Notes under the pieces: model-generated
What the model was told of the DNA's origin: nothing
Database searches by the model: none
Seen by the model: the letters and a program-made list of their open reading frames with translations, nothing else
Translations under genes and position numbers: made by a program
Source: Raphidiopsis brookii D9
GTDB lineage: Bacteria; Cyanobacteriota; Cyanobacteriia; Cyanobacteriales; Nostocaceae
NCBI GenBank assembly: GCA_000175855.1
Contig: ACYB01000035.1
Span: forward strand, 494,795-526,794
Reading direction: 5' to 3'
DNA length: 32,000 nt
Shown here: positions 21,984 through 30,816 of the stretch, piece by piece
How the letters are laid out: the number at the start of each line of letters is the position of its first letter
Position numbering within the stretch: the first letter of the stretch is position 1

Positions 21984-22136
21984 ATGAACAAAATCGTGGG
22001 AAAGGATGAAAGCAACCCTGATAAAAACAACCCAACCGGGTATCAAGAGGAAAAGATTCTTTGTCCCCATTGTAAACGTACTGCTACTAATGGAATTAAG
22101 TGTAAAGGAATTTGTGTGGCTGACAGTAACTACTGA
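21984..22136 (+). CDS. Small Cys-rich protein, 50 aa, possible zinc-binding
   Basis: Manual translation MNKIVGKDESNPDKNNPTGYQEEKILCPHCKRTATNGIKCKGICVADSNY*; four Cys in CPHC...C..C arrangement. Not in the ORF track. Confidence 0.6.
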   Translation: MNKIVGKDESNPDKNNPTGYQEEKILCPHCKRTATNGIKCKGICVADSNY

Positions 22137-22151
22137 TAATCATAACTAATA

Positions 22152-23273
22152 TCACACTCCGTCCACGGTCAGACCTAAATAGTTGCGAACAATTTTCAAT
22201 ATTCGCTCTGCTGCATGACCATCCCCAAAAGGATTAATAGCATTTGCCATTGATAAATATGCTTCCCTATCACTTAACAACTCACTAGCAGCAGTTACAA
22301 TTCTATCTGTTTGTGTTCCCACTAATTTAGCCGTACCCGCTGTTATCGCTTCTGGTCTTTCTGTAGTATCTCTAAGCACTAACACAGGTTTACCAAGACT
22401 GGGTGCTTCTTCTTGCAGTCCACCAGAGTCTGTCAACAATAAGTAAGAGCGCCCTATTGCTCCTACTAATTCCGCATAATCTAATGGTTCTGTTAAAAAA
22501 ATCCGGGGGTGTTTACCTAATATTTCTTGTAATGGTTCTCTAACAGTAGGATTTTTATGTAGTGGTAATAATAAAGCTGTGTCGGAAAACCGATCTAAAA
22601 TTTCTAGAAAACCTTGAGCAATTGCTTGTAGTGGTTCCCCCCAATTTTCTCGTCGGTGAACCGTGGCTAAAATAGTTCTATATTCTCCCCACTTTAAACC
22701 CGGTATATCACAAGCTGGGTTGGCTTTTGCTACGTTCAACAATGCATCAATTACGGTGTTACCAGTCAGGTGGATTTCTCCTAAAACACCAGAATTCTGT
22801 AAGTTAGTCACCGCTAAGGAGGTAGGTGCAAAATGTAATTGACTAATTTGGGAAATTAATCTTCTGTTAGCTTCTTCTGGATAGGGATTAAACAGATCGT
22901 CAGTTCTCAACCCCGCTTCCAAATGACCTACAGGAATTTGCTGGTAAAAAGCTCCTAAAGCTGCTGCAAAGGCAGTTGTTGTATCTCCCTGAACAATCAC
23001 TAAGTCTATATTTAGCTTTTTATATAAAGTCTCTAAACCTTGCAAACTCCTACATGTAATATCATTAAGAGACTGTTTGGGCTGCATAATTTCTAGATCC
23101 CAATCCGCTTTCAAATTAAACAGCACCATTACTTGTGCGACCATTTCCTTATGCTGTCCCGTAAGAATTACTTCCACTTCTAAGTCCACAGCAGTTTTAA
23201 ATATCTGAATTACTGGTGCTAGTTTAATTGCTTCAGGACGAGTACCTAAAACAATGCCAATTTTTTTAGTCAT
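22152..23273 (-). CDS. wecB: UDP-N-acetylglucosamine 2-epimerase (non-hydrolysing)
   Basis: Start CAT at 23271-23273 on + shows the gene is on the - strand; MTKKIGIVLGTRPEAIKLAPVI, LTGQHKEM, VQGDTTTAFAAALGAFY, GHLEAGLRT, PYPEEANRRL, LLTDSGGLQEEAPSLGKPVLVLRDTTERPE. Confidence 0.95.
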   Translation of the reverse strand: MTKKIGIVLGTRPEAIKLAPVIQIFKTAVDLEVEVILTGQHKEMVAQVMVLFNLKADWDLEIMQPKQSLNDITCRSLQGLETLYKKLNIDLVIVQGDTTTAFAAALGAFYQQIPVGHLEAGLRTDDLFNPYPEEANRRLISQISQLHFAPTSLAVTNLQNSGVLGEIHLTGNTVIDALLNVAKANPACDIPGLKWGEYRTILATVHRRENWGEPLQAIAQGFLEILDRFSDTALLLPLHKNPTVREPLQEILGKHPRIFLTEPLDYAELVGAIGRSYLLLTDSGGLQEEAPSLGKPVLVLRDTTERPEAITAGTAKLVGTQTDRIVTAASELLSDREAYLSMANAINPFGDGHAAERILKIVRNYLGLTVDGV

Positions 23274-23553
23274 TACTTATTGAAGTATTGGTCATGAAAT
23301 ACTACAGTAGCCATAATTCTATCCCAAATCATTCCCATTCATCAAAACAAAATTTTTTCCCTTCTCTTAAACACGAAAAAACCCGGTTTAACCGGGCAGA
23401 TGGACTGTTTACTAAATTTGACCTATCAAGTTGTAGCTCCAACCAGAACTCTATAAACAGAGTTCATGGCTAAAAATGAGATTTGGGTAGGCGATCGCCT
23501 ACCCTCCTTATAGGTAGCTACCGCTATTAATTGACATGTCAAACTTATATTAA

Positions 23554-23925
23554 TCATTTAATCTCACAAGTTAAAGGACAAGAAGCATAAACGGTAGTTT
23601 GCAACCTTTCCGCATCACCATATAGCCAACTTAACCACTTAACTTCTTTGGGATGAACACTCTTAGCAGTCAAGACACCCGCCACGATTAAAACTGACAT
23701 AACATTGAAAATTACTAAAGCACCTGCTACGAGTAAAACAGCGCTCGCAGGCATAACAGATTGCAAAACAATAGAGAGTAAGCAACCTACTGTAGCCATA
23801 ACTACAACTAGTGGAAAACCTACTACTAACAAGCACACTGCTAATGTGAAAGTCCAAATTAAAAAGCTTTTCATCATTAACAAGGAGTACATCTTCCCTT
23901 GATTAGAGCTTTGAGCCACAACCAT
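23554..23925 (-). CDS. Hypothetical small membrane protein
   Basis: 123 aa (internal start MMKSFLIW also possible); three hydrophobic segments; no family recognised. Confidence 0.6.
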   Translation of the reverse strand: MVVAQSSNQGKMYSLLMMKSFLIWTFTLAVCLLVVGFPLVVVMATVGCLLSIVLQSVMPASAVLLVAGALVIFNVMSVLIVAGVLTAKSVHPKEVKWLSWLYGDAERLQTTVYASCPLTCEIK

Positions 23926-24369
23926 GATCTTTCCTCCTAAAATTACACAGCAAGGTTTAAAGTTGAATTTCAGTTTTGCTCAATTCTTGAGATCACTGTT
24001 TTCATTCAGTGAAATTCAGTATATAGAACCTGAAGAAAAAGATGAGCATTTCTTTATTAATCTTTACACTTAATCTTTCGTAATCATGAATTTGATGCCC
24101 AAATCGGATTTGGTTCACTACTCCCAATTCCCCATATATCCCTAGATATATAACTTTGTGAATAGCAATCTCCATGAATCTTACCCAAAATCCGTCTCCT
24201 AACTCGCTTAATATTTCTTAACAAAAGTCTCCTTGTCTCTCATAATTGAAATGGGAAATAAAAGGCTAGTAGTGACCTATAATCCAGATAACGCGGTTCC
24301 ACAAAAATAAATGCTCTGCATTGACAGTGACCAGTGTTAACAACAAACAACAGGTATTAACTAAATTTA

Positions 24370-25146
24370 ATGAGTGTTTATAACTTAGGTACAAATATAG
24401 ATAAACCATCTTTACCTCAAGTGTTTAAAGGGATTGCCTTGTTTACACCTGGGGGAGATTTAATTTACTGTATTGATCCGAGTAAACAGAAGCGATGGCA
24501 TTTGCATTTGTGTGGGGTCTTGCAGGAAATACTGAATCTATCAGAACCTCCCCATTTTCTGGTTCCTTGTTATACAGCCACAATTGATCATTGGTTAAAT
24601 CCACGTACACAAAAAATACAGACATTTGCGGAGGCTTATCCTGCGGTAATGAGCTATCAGCCAGTATTGGGAGCAATTTTTGGGACAGGAAATGAGGTGT
24701 GGCAAAGGTCACCTTGGCGAGAGGATGTATGTGATCTCATGGTAATAGAGAGTTATCGTTCAACCTTTCCCGAATTATGGGAGGATCACGATTTGATCGT
24801 GCGTTTAGATAGCATGTCCATGCCATATTCACAGAAGCATGTCAATCAAAAACAGATAATACAGAATCATGAAGTTTATGTTTTACGTTTATTTGTTGCT
24901 GGTCATAACATGTCCACTGAAAGAATTTTAGAGAAACTACATGAATTATTAGAAGATTACTTAGGGGTTCCTTACACTCTCAAGGTAATTGATGTTTTAA
25001 CACATCCGGAGCAAGCGGAAATAGATCAGGTTTCAGCCACACCCACATTAGTTAAGATTTGGCCCCATCCTGTTCGTAGGATAGTTGGTGATTTGGATAA
25101 TGTGGAAAAGGTGTTACACACCCTGGGTAAAAAAGATAATTTTTAG
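24370..25146 (+). CDS. KaiB-domain protein (circadian clock KaiB family) with an additional N-terminal domain
   Basis: 258 aa; C-terminus YVLRLFVAGHNMSTERILEKLHELLEDYLGVPYTLKVIDVLTHPEQAEIDQVSATPTLVKIWPHPVRRIVGDLDNVEKVL matches the KaiB/SasA-N fold; residues 1-155 are a separate domain. Confidence 0.85.
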   Translation: MSVYNLGTNIDKPSLPQVFKGIALFTPGGDLIYCIDPSKQKRWHLHLCGVLQEILNLSEPPHFLVPCYTATIDHWLNPRTQKIQTFAEAYPAVMSYQPVLGAIFGTGNEVWQRSPWREDVCDLMVIESYRSTFPELWEDHDLIVRLDSMSMPYSQKHVNQKQIIQNHEVYVLRLFVAGHNMSTERILEKLHELLEDYLGVPYTLKVIDVLTHPEQAEIDQVSATPTLVKIWPHPVRRIVGDLDNVEKVLHTLGKKDNF

Positions 25147-25224
25147 GAGTGGGAAATCAATCCTTGGCGAATAAGTATTATAATGTGTGAGTGATATAAA
25201 GATCCTAACCTATTTAAACCTACA

Positions 25225-26010
25225 GTGGAAAGTATGTATTTTACCTGGCTTGACAGTAACAGTTGGCTATTAGAAATTGGGGGGTGGCGTATTCTTTTAG
25301 ATCCCTGGTTGGTAGGAGATTTAACCTTTAATAATGTAGATTGGCTATTCAAAAGTTATCGCCTGCAGGATCGCCCCATACCAAACAATATAGACTTAAT
25401 TTTGTTGTCTCAAGGTTTGGAAGATCATGCTCATCCACCGACTCTTAAACAGTTAGACAGACATATACCTGTTCTGGGTTCTCCTCAAGCAGCTAAGGTG
25501 GTAGAAAAATTGGGATATCATCAAGTGAAGAGTCTCCATCATGGTGAGAGTTTCACCTTAGAGGATACTTTAAATAACAATTTAAAAGACCAACTAGAAA
25601 TTAAAGCCCTTCCTGGCTCTCCTGTAGGACCCAATGTGAGAGAAAATGGTTACGTGATCCGAAATATATCTAATAAAATGAGCTTATACTATGAACCACA
25701 TGGTTATCATTCATCCGCACTTGAAGAATTGAGTCCAGTAGATGTAGTTATCACACCTATAATTAACTTATCCTTGCCTCTCTTAGGTCCAGTAATTAAA
25801 GGTATGAATAGTGCTTTGGAAGTTGCCAAATTGTTAAAACCCCAAATTATGCTCCCCACTGCTGCTGGTGGAGATGTGTTCTTTGATGGGATATTAAGTA
25901 AAGTATTACAAGCACAGGGGAATGTGGCAGAATTTAAAGAGTTATTAGAAGTAAATAGTTTATCTACACAGGTAATTGAACCTAAACCTGGGGAGAGGAT
26001 TTCCGTTTAG
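25225..26010 (+). CDS. MBL-fold (metallo-beta-lactamase-like) hydrolase
   Basis: 261 aa; YFTWLDSNSWLLEIGGWRILLDPWLVGDL, DLILLSQGLEDHAHPPTL, VDVVITPIINLSLPL. Confidence 0.82.
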   Translation: MESMYFTWLDSNSWLLEIGGWRILLDPWLVGDLTFNNVDWLFKSYRLQDRPIPNNIDLILLSQGLEDHAHPPTLKQLDRHIPVLGSPQAAKVVEKLGYHQVKSLHHGESFTLEDTLNNNLKDQLEIKALPGSPVGPNVRENGYVIRNISNKMSLYYEPHGYHSSALEELSPVDVVITPIINLSLPLLGPVIKGMNSALEVAKLLKPQIMLPTAAGGDVFFDGILSKVLQAQGNVAEFKELLEVNSLSTQVIEPKPGERISV

Positions 26011-26036
26011 GAAGATGGCGAATGGTAGTATGAGAT

Positions 26037-27683
26037 ATGGACTGGATTAATTTATTGAGATCCCTACAGTCAGATTTTATTAAAAGATTAAATTCTGGTT
26101 GTTTATTAAATTGTGAAATACCAGGAAGTCATAGTGAATTAACAATTATTTCCGGACAAAGACTGAAATCTCTCAGGGAATTTTGCTGGTCCATGGCGGA
26201 AAAGTATAAGCGTAGCTCTACGGTACGCGATGTGTTTGTTAGTAATCTTAAAGGTAAATTAGGCGAAGAAGTCGTTAAAGAACGATTGGCAGATTTTATC
26301 ACTGAGGTTGATTATGAAAAGCGTTTAGGTGGGGATGGTAAAAGTGATTTTACTGTCACTGCACATCCTTGGATTGGGATAGAAGTTAAATCTCGTCATG
26401 GGGATTTTGATAAGGTAAGATGGTCTGTGAGTTCCCAAGAGGTAGGAAAAAATGCCGTTATTGTTTGTATTTTAATTCGGGAGGAGGTGACAGAAGCTCA
26501 ATTAGCATATCATCTTTTTTTAGCTGGGTTTCTCCCCACAAAAATGATTAAGTTAAAAACTGGCAGAATTTCGTTTGGTATTGATCAGTTATTATATGGT
26601 GGAGGTTTATTACCATATTTAGAAGATTTACCAGCCATGATTAGTAATGGCATTTCTCAGAAAGCAATTTCATCTAATACAAGCGGTTTATACAACTCAC
26701 ATAATTTATACAATTTACAAAAGCACGCGCCAGATATGGGGGGAGATATAGTAGAGTTTTATGTGAAATTGGGGGATAAACATTTTGATCATGGTGACTA
26801 TATTGTGGCAATTAGTAATTATAGTCAAGCATTACAAAACAATAAAAAAAACAGTTATTACCAAGAGGAACTCCGATCTGAACTTAATCTCAGCCATAAA
26901 TATGCTGATAATATTAGTAATATTGATATTCATGCCTATTATAAACTTGGTTTAGCCTATTATCAATTAGGCGATTATGACATGGCAATTTCCAACTATA
27001 ACCAGGTAATCAATGCCAATGTAAATCATAGCAATGCTTATAATAAAAGAGGTTTAGCCCATTATAAGTCACGTAATTATCACAGCGCCATAGAAGATTT
27101 TAGCCAGGCAATTTCTATCAACCCCGAATTAGCAATTAACTACAAAAATCGAGCCGAAGCTCGTTATTTAATAGGAGATTATCAAGGAGCAATAGAAGAC
27201 TATAGTCAAGTACTTAGTATTCATCCCGATTTGTTAGATCAGCCAATATTGGTAGGAGATATAGGAGAATTATTTAACATCAAATGCCATGATGAAGTTA
27301 TTTATAAAAATCGAGCCGATCATCTCTATCAGCTAGGAGAATATGAAGAAGCAGTAGAAAACTATAATCAGGCGATCGCTCTAAATATTAACTATGTGGA
27401 TGCCTATTATCAACGAGGTAAAATATATTTTAATAGGGGAATATATGAAGCAGCGGTGGATGATTTTAGCATGGTTATCAAAACTCAACCCAATTATGGT
27501 GATGCATATTATTATAGAGGGAACTGCTGGTTAATTATGGGAAATAAACAGACAGCAAGTGGAGATTTTAAAAAGGCGGCGGATATATATTGGCAAGATG
27601 GTAGGTTAGCAGAATACAAACAAACCCAAGCCATGATTTTAGAGGTGGAAATTGAACAATCCCTGGATATTCTAGATTTCTGA
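26037..27683 (+). CDS. Tetratricopeptide-repeat protein with N-terminal restriction-endonuclease-like domain
   Basis: 548 aa; GEEVVKERLADFITEVDYEKRLGGDGKSDFTVTAHPWIGIEVKSRHG (D...ExK) followed by successive 34-aa TPR units (YYKLGLAYYQLGDYDMAISNYNQVI, AYNKRGLAHYKSRNYHSAIEDFSQAI, etc.). Confidence 0.85.
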   Translation: MDWINLLRSLQSDFIKRLNSGCLLNCEIPGSHSELTIISGQRLKSLREFCWSMAEKYKRSSTVRDVFVSNLKGKLGEEVVKERLADFITEVDYEKRLGGDGKSDFTVTAHPWIGIEVKSRHGDFDKVRWSVSSQEVGKNAVIVCILIREEVTEAQLAYHLFLAGFLPTKMIKLKTGRISFGIDQLLYGGGLLPYLEDLPAMISNGISQKAISSNTSGLYNSHNLYNLQKHAPDMGGDIVEFYVKLGDKHFDHGDYIVAISNYSQALQNNKKNSYYQEELRSELNLSHKYADNISNIDIHAYYKLGLAYYQLGDYDMAISNYNQVINANVNHSNAYNKRGLAHYKSRNYHSAIEDFSQAISINPELAINYKNRAEARYLIGDYQGAIEDYSQVLSIHPDLLDQPILVGDIGELFNIKCHDEVIYKNRADHLYQLGEYEEAVENYNQAIALNINYVDAYYQRGKIYFNRGIYEAAVDDFSMVIKTQPNYGDAYYYRGNCWLIMGNKQTASGDFKKAADIYWQDGRLAEYKQTQAMILEVEIEQSLDILDF

Positions 27684-27834
27684 TGGATTTTCAACGAGAA
27701 TCAATGATGGATTGGTTGAATGTGAGTTTTTAAAAAGAGCGATCGCATTTATTTAGGGAGAACAAAAATACTGGAATTAAAAAGGAGAATGGGGTAATTG
27801 AAAGTCTGATAAAGTCTTAAAGTATACCTAAAGA

Positions 27835-27865
27835 AAAAAGCCCCCCACCAGGTGAGGAGCTTTTC
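27835..27865 (-). terminator. Rho-independent terminator of psbA
   Basis: RC: AAAAGCTCCTCACCTGGTGGGGGGCTTTTTTC, GC-rich stem followed by a T-run. Confidence 0.85.
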
Positions 27866-27883
27866 ATTTACAAGTATTGGTTA

Positions 27884-28966
27884 TTAACCGTTGATTGCGG
27901 GTGCAGTTAATGCTACAGGAGCTACCTCACCAGCTGCTAAATCCAAGGGGAAGTTGTGAGCATTGCGCTCGTGCATTACTTCCATACCCAGGTTAGCGCG
28001 GTTGATTACATCCGCCCAGGTTCCGATTACACGACCTTGAGAATCAATGATGGATTGGTTGAAGTTGAATCCATTCAGGTTGAATGCCATGGTGCTTACA
28101 CCCAGTGCTGTAAACCAGATTCCTACTACTGGCCATGCAGCCAAGAAGAAGTGTAGTGAACGGCTGTTGTTGAATGAAGCATATTGGAATATCAAGCGAC
28201 CGAAGTAACCGTGTGCTGCTACGATGTTATAGGTTTCTTCCTCTTGTCCGAACTTGTAACCATAGTTTTGAGACTCGGTTTCGGTTGTTTCTCTGACTAA
28301 GGAGGAGGTTACCAAGGAACCGTGCATAGCGCTGAACAAGCTACCACCGAATACACCTGCTACACCCAACATGTGGAAGGGGTGCATCAGAATGTTATGT
28401 TCTGCTTGGAACACAATCATGAAGTTGAAGGTGCCAGAGATACCTAAAGGCATACCATCGGAGAAGGAACCTTGTCCAATGGGGTAGATTAGGAATACTG
28501 CGGTAGCAGCTGCCAAAGGTGCTGAGAAAGCTACGCAAATCCAAGGGCGCATACCTAAACGGAAGGAGAGTTCCCATTCACGACCTAGGTAGCAGGCTAC
28601 ACCAATCAAGAAGTGGAAGATTACTAGTTGGTAAGGACCACCATTGTATAACCATTCATCTAAGGAAGCAGCTTCCCAAATTGGGTAGAAGTGCAAACCA
28701 ATAGCGTTAGAAGAGGGAACAACTGCACCGGAGATGATGTTGTTACCATACATTAAGGAACCAGCAACGGGTTCACGGATACCATCGATATCAACTGGGG
28801 GAGCAGCGATAAAAGCGATGATGAAGCAAGTAGTAGCTGCGAGTAGGGTGGGGATCATTAACACACCAAACCAGCCAATATAGAGGCGGTTGTTGGTGCT
28901 GGTGATGAATTCGCAGAAGCGGTCCCAGATGTTAGCACTCTGGCGCTGTTGAATGGCGGTGGTCAT
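27884..28966 (-). CDS. psbA: Photosystem II protein D1 (PsbA), Glu130 form
   Basis: 360 aa; [42 protein letters not shown]...; residue 130 is E in [21 protein letters not shown]; processed tail [20 protein letters not shown]. Confidence 0.98.
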   Translation of the reverse strand: MTTAIQQRQSANIWDRFCEFITSTNNRLYIGWFGVLMIPTLLAATTCFIIAFIAAPPVDIDGIREPVAGSLMYGNNIISGAVVPSSNAIGLHFYPIWEAASLDEWLYNGGPYQLVIFHFLIGVACYLGREWELSFRLGMRPWICVAFSAPLAAATAVFLIYPIGQGSFSDGMPLGISGTFNFMIVFQAEHNILMHPFHMLGVAGVFGGSLFSAMHGSLVTSSLVRETTETESQNYGYKFGQEEETYNIVAAHGYFGRLIFQYASFNNSRSLHFFLAAWPVVGIWFTALGVSTMAFNLNGFNFNQSIIDSQGRVIGTWADVINRANLGMEVMHERNAHNFPLDLAAGEVAPVALTAPAING

Positions 28967-29157
28967 GGTTTTATAATTGCGGTTTTATCAGAGGTTTATG
29001 TATGTTCCGGTAGGTGTTTCTACCTTATGAACTTATATTAAGACAAATGTTTAGATTTGTAAAGAGTTTTTTACAAAATTTTTAATAAATTTGCCAATTA
29101 GGGATTTTGCTATATGTGGTAGGGGTTTCCGGCTATGGGAGGGTAGGCGTGAGTTTT

Positions 29158-29229
29158 TAAAAAGGGCGATCGCTCATATGGAGTACTTCGCGATCGCATT
29201 TGACCAAGGTAGGAATGCGATCGCCTTTT
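29158..29229. repeat. Cluster of three HIP1 octamers with outer imperfect inverted repeat
   Basis: GCGATCGC at 29166-29173, 29190-29197 and 29217-29224; AAAAAGGGCGATCGC ... GCGATCGCCTTTT arms. Confidence 0.75.
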
Positions 29230-29362
29230 ATAAAGGGTCTTTCTCGCTGAGGTATTGGAAAAACCAAATAAAATTAGTAGGAATAGGAATGTTATAAACA
29301 ATGATATTCTTTGAAAGAATATGTATTTACTGAAAGTTTAACTTTTATGAGTATATCTGAAA

Positions 29363-29702
29363 CCAGAAGTGTTGAATGTTAAGAAATCTGTGATAAAAAT
29401 AGCCCAAAATATATTAAAATTTGAGCAAGCTATATCAAAATATAGATTTGATCATGATTATAAATTCATTTCCCATTTATGCCAGTCTCATCGCTTATCT
29501 AATTTTACAACTTGTATCTGTTCGTCAAGAATGGGGTAATAAAATGTTAGATAAATTCCGCTATCTTCAAGCTTGTATGTGTCAACAAATTAGTTATGTT
29601 CATTGGATGGAAGATATCATGAGATGTTGACATTTTCACCCTTAATAGGACTACTATAACTGAATATGTAAACTTTTGTAACGACATTCAACATTTCTGG
29701 AA
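29363..29702 (+). mobile_element. Relic insertion element bounded by 17-bp inverted repeats
   Basis: CCAGAAGTGTTGAATGT (29363-29379) and RC of 29686-29702 CCAGAAATGTTGAATGT: 16/17 identical; encloses a transposase-like C-terminal fragment. Confidence 0.6.
29421..29630 (+). pseudogene. Probable transposase C-terminal fragment
   Basis: ...SFPIYASLIAYLILQLVSVRQEWGNKMLDKFRYLQACMCQQISYVHWMEDIMRC resembles the C-terminus of IS4-like DDE transposases; no catalytic region present. Confidence 0.55.
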
Positions 29703-29766
29703 AAATATGATATAATTCATACAAATTATTAATCAATAAGCTTGATCATTAAAATTAAAATGGTTT

Positions 29767-30786
29767 ATGACAATGGTTCAAAAAATCGCCTTATTTAATC
29801 ATAAAGGTGGTGTGAGCAAAACCACTACTACATTTAACTTAGGTTGGATGCTTGCTGAAAAAGGGAAAAGAGTAATTCTGGTAGATACTGATCCCCAATG
29901 TAATCTTACAGGTATGGCATTAAAAGAAGAAACAGAAGAAGATGAAGCCAGAATAGAAAACATTTATCAAAATTCTTCTAATATTAAAACTGGTTTAGCT
30001 CCTGCTTTTGAATCTCAACCAAGAGCTATTCAAGCAGTAGATTGTATTCCCATAGAAGGACAAGAAGGACTATTTTTATTACCTGGCCATGTTGGTTTTG
30101 CTGAATATGAAGTAACGTTAGGTATTGCACAAGAACTGAGTGGTTCAATTCATGCACTAAAAAATTTACCAGGCGCAATTTCTGATCTTTTAGAAAAGAC
30201 AGCTAATAAATTTAATGCTGACTACATTTTAATTGATATGAGTCCCAGTTTAGGAGCAATCAATCAAAATTTATTAATGATTAGTGATTTTTTCTTAGTA
30301 CCTACAACTGCTGATTTCTTTTCAGTAATGGCCATAGATTCTTTAGCTAGAATATTACCAAAATGGTGTGGTTGGGCAAAGAAAGCAAGTATAAATCCTA
30401 TATTAAAAGAAGCTACCTATCCATTTCCAGAGTTTAGGTTGAAATTTTTAGGAACTATAGTGCAAAACTATAGAATTATTAGAGGTAAAGAAACCAGAGC
30501 ATTTCAAACTTGGATAGAAAAAATAGAAAAGACAGTTACTACTAAACTAAAACCTATTTTGGAAATAAATAACTTATTATTACCTAATCAAACATATGCT
30601 GAACAGAACATGAATAGTAGTTTCACTGTGACTAAAATTTCTAACTTTAATAGTTTAATCGCTCTATCACAAAAACATTGTACACCAGTGTACGCACTTA
30701 CACCTGAACAATTAGATCAGGAAGGTATAGTATTAAAAATAATCAAAAAAAACAAGAAGAATTTAGAGAAACTTTTTCCGATTTAG
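29767..30786 (+). CDS. ParA/MinD-superfamily ATPase (ParA family)
   Basis: 339 aa; deviant Walker A FNHKGGVSKTTTTFNLGWMLAEKGKRVILVDTDPQCNLT, ADYILIDMSPSLGAINQNLLMISDFFLVPTTADFFSVMAI. Confidence 0.92.
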   Translation: MTMVQKIALFNHKGGVSKTTTTFNLGWMLAEKGKRVILVDTDPQCNLTGMALKEETEEDEARIENIYQNSSNIKTGLAPAFESQPRAIQAVDCIPIEGQEGLFLLPGHVGFAEYEVTLGIAQELSGSIHALKNLPGAISDLLEKTANKFNADYILIDMSPSLGAINQNLLMISDFFLVPTTADFFSVMAIDSLARILPKWCGWAKKASINPILKEATYPFPEFRLKFLGTIVQNYRIIRGKETRAFQTWIEKIEKTVTTKLKPILEINNLLLPNQTYAEQNMNSSFTVTKISNFNSLIALSQKHCTPVYALTPEQLDQEGIVLKIIKKNKKNLEKLFPI

Positions 30787-30816
30787 CAGATAAAATTATT
30801 TCCTTATCATCTACTT

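Noticed and set aside
23288-23473. 61-aa + strand ORF between wecB and the membrane protein gene
   Set aside because: Low-complexity sequence with no recognisable family or ribosome-binding context.
27956-28704. ORFs opposite psbA (27956-28156, 28395-28577, 28519-28704)
   Set aside because: Shadow ORFs created by the codon usage of highly conserved psbA.
29091-29301. 68-aa (+) and 63-aa (-) ORFs downstream of the psbA promoter side
   Set aside because: Overlapping opposite-strand ORFs spanning HIP1 repeats, with no domain or start-site support.
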